From: Bugula neritina
Taxonomy: Eukaryota > Animalia > Bryozoa
Assembly (NCBI GenBank): GCA_964035545.1
Contig: OZ037773.1
Span: 5,981,751 to 6,045,750 of the forward strand
DNA length: 64,000 bases
Direction of reading: 5' to 3'
In this document: positions 60,834 to 64,000 of the stretch, piece after piece
Layout of the letters: each line of letters begins with the position of its first letter
Numbering within the stretch: the stretch's first letter is position 1
The notes under the pieces: generated by a model
What the model saw: the letters and a program-made list of their open reading frames with translations, nothing else
The model's database searches: none
Told to the model about the DNA's origin: nothing
Program-made: the position numbers and the translations under genes

Positions 60834-62123
60834 TGAACAAAATCAAACTAGGTCTGGTACTGCCACATCACATATCGCCATGGTGACATATCTAGCATCA
60901 TGATATATGAATTTTAGCTCATTATATAAGCTGCAACCATTTTGCTTTAATATATAACTCTGCTATCTACCCTGACTAGGTTATCACTGTAAGAGATTAC
61001 ATTGCTTTTTATTATTATATATGCATCTTTCACAGTTAATCAAAGTTATTTAAAAACCTGTCGTTAGATGCCAAAGTTTTGATCTGATTATCTAAATTTG
61101 CTTTTTAATATAATTAAAGCTGTGTCATAAACATTATATGTAATGTAGTATTTTGATTTTATCAAACGACAACATTTACGTTATATTTTACTTTATCCAG
61201 CTTCATTATATAAATAAGTCAATAATTATATATTTAAAATATTATATTGTATCAAGCTCAACTGTTTATAAAAAAAATCTTCAATAATATTTGTTATTGA
61301 TTTAGTAAATACCAATATTGACTATATAGCATCATAACACAACACCAAAACAATAATATTACAATATCACGTTGTAAAGTGCAAAGGAAACAATCAAATA
61401 TTATATTAACAACAGTAACAAAGGTGAGCAAATGGGTATAGACTTTTGCTGACTGAAATAATATAGCAACTAGCGAGGTAAACTATTGCATACTGAACTT
61501 ATAAATAATTATTCGTGTAAATGGAAATCACTCTGGTTCAAAAATTAAAAACAGGTGAACTTTCATAACATCAAAGCAATAAGCAAATGGGCTCAGAATT
61601 TTAGAAATACTAAATATTCTTTGAGAAGAATAGCTCATTTATGAATAAAGATGCATCAATTTTACAAACAAATAAAATCAATGCTATAAAACATAATGCA
61701 GCATCTATGTCATGGGTTACAATATTGCTGTTCGATTACATCAACTACACACGAGTAATCTTCAAGTTACTAATAAATGAGCATATTTAAACTACAAGCT
61801 GGTAAGGTACACCTAAATGATGGTCCTTATACAACTGTGTGGTGGTTATACCTGCATGCAGTGACTATCTGTACATGAAGATAATTTGAGAACATCTCCA
61901 TGACTGCCGATAATTACTTGGTAACTACCTATGGGCCATTTAGCTGTTATCCAAAAGCAAAAGCAAGTTGCAACCTTTTTTATGTCAAATATGGCCGGGG
62001 CCTGGGATGACAACTATTATAGTTATTTGTATGTTCAAGTAACATTCATCTTCATGTATAATGATTGTTTTTAACATAATTGTAGACTTTTAGTGCTCAC
62101 TCTAAAGTATATAATTTTCAGTT

Positions 62124-63632
62124 TCATATCTTGGTAACTGTTACTTTATAATCTTTCAAGTCGCATTCTTCATACTCTGAAACATCACTGAGCCTCTTTT
62201 CTGACAGCCTCATACCGTGACGTCTGAGACTCATCATATAGTCTGAGTGATACTTTCCGTCCGTGTAGTTCATGAACCTTTGATAGTCTGTTTGCAGCTC
62301 CTACAATAGAGAAAACAACTCTTAAAGTCGACGCACAAACTCCTACAGCTTCAGGCTAAGTATGAATTCAAATCTACAATCCCAAACTACAATCCATCAG
62401 AAATTAGAACTTACCAAATTGAAGTTATCGCTATTTTTTAAATCGGACAACTCCTAACCAGAGCACAATATTGTATATTATGATTCTTATGTTGCAGAAT
62501 TAAAACAGAAAAAAATATTATTCTTCAAATTAGCACTTTAAAAATTTGATATTGTAATTGTAGATTGTAAATAATGATATCTATGAAAATAAAAACAGTT
62601 ATAGAGTTCAGAAATGATTACTAAATGGTTATATTTTCGACACTCCAATATCTTTATCTTCCTGGTTCATAATCAATGACCTCGCTAAAGGTTTTACCTA
62701 ATAGTAATAGTCTAGATTCCCACGACCTTTAACATCAAGTGCATAATATGTCTATTGATTTCATTACCAATGTATACAATATTTAAAAGGTATCTTACTG
62801 AAAAGTCTGAGTCAACTCGCAGTCTGAGTGCATGTTCACGGTTATACTTGTTCTTCAGTTCTCTATATCTACAGAATATAAATAAATCTATACATGAGTA
62901 TGGACCTAGACTTATGAGTCATTCAACTTCTAGTTATGATATATATGTTGGGTAAACTCATATATATATGAGCAAAATTACCTGCTTTCATGTCTGTGAA
63001 TTTCGTCAGCGTGAAGTTTAGCTACACGAGCTGCTTCTTTGGCAGCAATTTCTTCACATTTTTTTGTTGTGGCTTTAATTGTCTCCTCTGTTTTTTTCTT
63101 AAAGCCTTCCTAAAAAGTATAAATTTAGAGCTCTAAGATCACAATCAGTACTTACCACTTACACTTTTGGTGGTTAGATTTTAAATCTATGCATATTGAC
63201 TTATTGAGTGAGCAGGTCGCTTCAATTTTAAAAACCATAAAAAGGTCTGGAAACAAAGAACTTTCTGGAAGCTGTTAAAATTGCACTTTAATTATATATT
63301 ATCTATCATACTTAACATTTCTGGCTGAGATAATATTAGTATAATAAATTGTGATAAATTTAAGCCATCATCACATCATATGATTTATACACTAAACATT
63401 TATCAATAACAAAAGTTACTTGATATTCACCCTGGCAACTTTAAGAGCATGCCCAATAGACAGTTCTTTATCAAGTCTATGTTCTTTGTTTAACTTTATA
63501 GTAAGAGCTCTACAGGCATCCTCTACAGCTTTCTCTTTCTGGCGTTCTGCTTCCTCCCACTGCAATCTCAATGCTTCTGACTTCTGATACTCCATTTTCC
63601 TGGTTAGTTCCGCAATACGCTTTGCCTCTAGT
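62124..63632 (-). CDS. Coiled-coil protein, C6orf163-like, 3' part. Exons 63632-63431, 63109-62982, 62868-62799, 62300-62124; the gene continues beyond the window end.
   Basis: In-phase spliced E/K/R/A-rich helical sequence (LEAKRIAELTRKMEYQKSEALRLQWEEAERQKEKAVEDAC...ELQTDYQRFMNYT...HSDYMM). The C6orf163 resemblance is from memory only. Confidence 0.75.
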
Positions 63633-64000
63633 CTAAAAGAAGTTGTAACAAATGACAATCATTTCATCAAAGAGGTTGCTCAATACTTCAAATTTCAACA
63701 ATTGGCCAATATCGGTGAATAAAAGGCATTCTATTCTTTAGCTTAAAGCTTTATTTTATCAGCGAATGTATTGCTTTTGTTGATTTTTTTACATATAGTA
63801 CAGCAAAAATACATTGAAAAATTTTAATTCCATCCACTTTCAAACAATATATTTGTAGATAGAAAACCACTTCAGCCATTAAGTTTTTTTTAAAAGGTAA
63901 TATTGCTAATGGTTTGCGAGTTTAAACAAAGAGCTTTTAAAACGATCAAGTAGTGTTCTATATATGCAAAAAATAAGTGAAGATTTCATTTTTAACTTTT

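Noticed and set aside
62124-63632. Coiled-coil gene as BBOF1/CCDC176 (the human tail-to-tail neighbour of ALDH6A1)
   Set aside because: I recognise no BBOF1 motifs and the C-terminus looks more like C6orf163. A BLASTp search would settle it.

Overview
AT-rich, intron-containing animal (invertebrate-like) genomic DNA. I cannot assign the taxon from the sequence. Spliced gene models built by hand from GT-AG sites and phase consistency, in order: 5' part of TKFC/DAK (-); an orphan gene with a highly basic Ser/Arg repeat tail whose upstream membrane-coding exons look decayed (-); a small orphan multi-pass membrane protein (+); a complete 13-coding-exon kindlin/fermitin (-) divergent from MRPL49 (+); an orphan disordered protein with PP1-docking-like motifs (-) divergent from an atypical class A GPCR (+); LIN52 (-) head-to-head with ALDH6A1/MMSDH (+); and the 3' part of a C6orf163-like coiled-coil gene (-). 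Mobile and repetitive DNA includes a 1.73-kb non-autonomous DNA transposon with ~500-bp TIRs and a 4-bp TSD inside LIN52 intron 2, a 3' LINE fragment, SINE-like pieces, a family of short hairpin elements, two long perfect palindromes and many minisatellites. Most notable: (1) a 38-bp tandem repeat that copies the branch point and acceptor of LIN52 exon 2 five times, where four of the five acceptors lead to a stop within 7 codons; (2) a 6-bp-periodic A-N-T signal in the promoter-proximal first introns of all five conserved genes whose 5' ends lie in the window; (3) the LIN52-ALDH6A1 head-to-head pair, which matches the human arrangement as I recall it. All models and homology calls are by eye and need RNA-seq or database confirmation.
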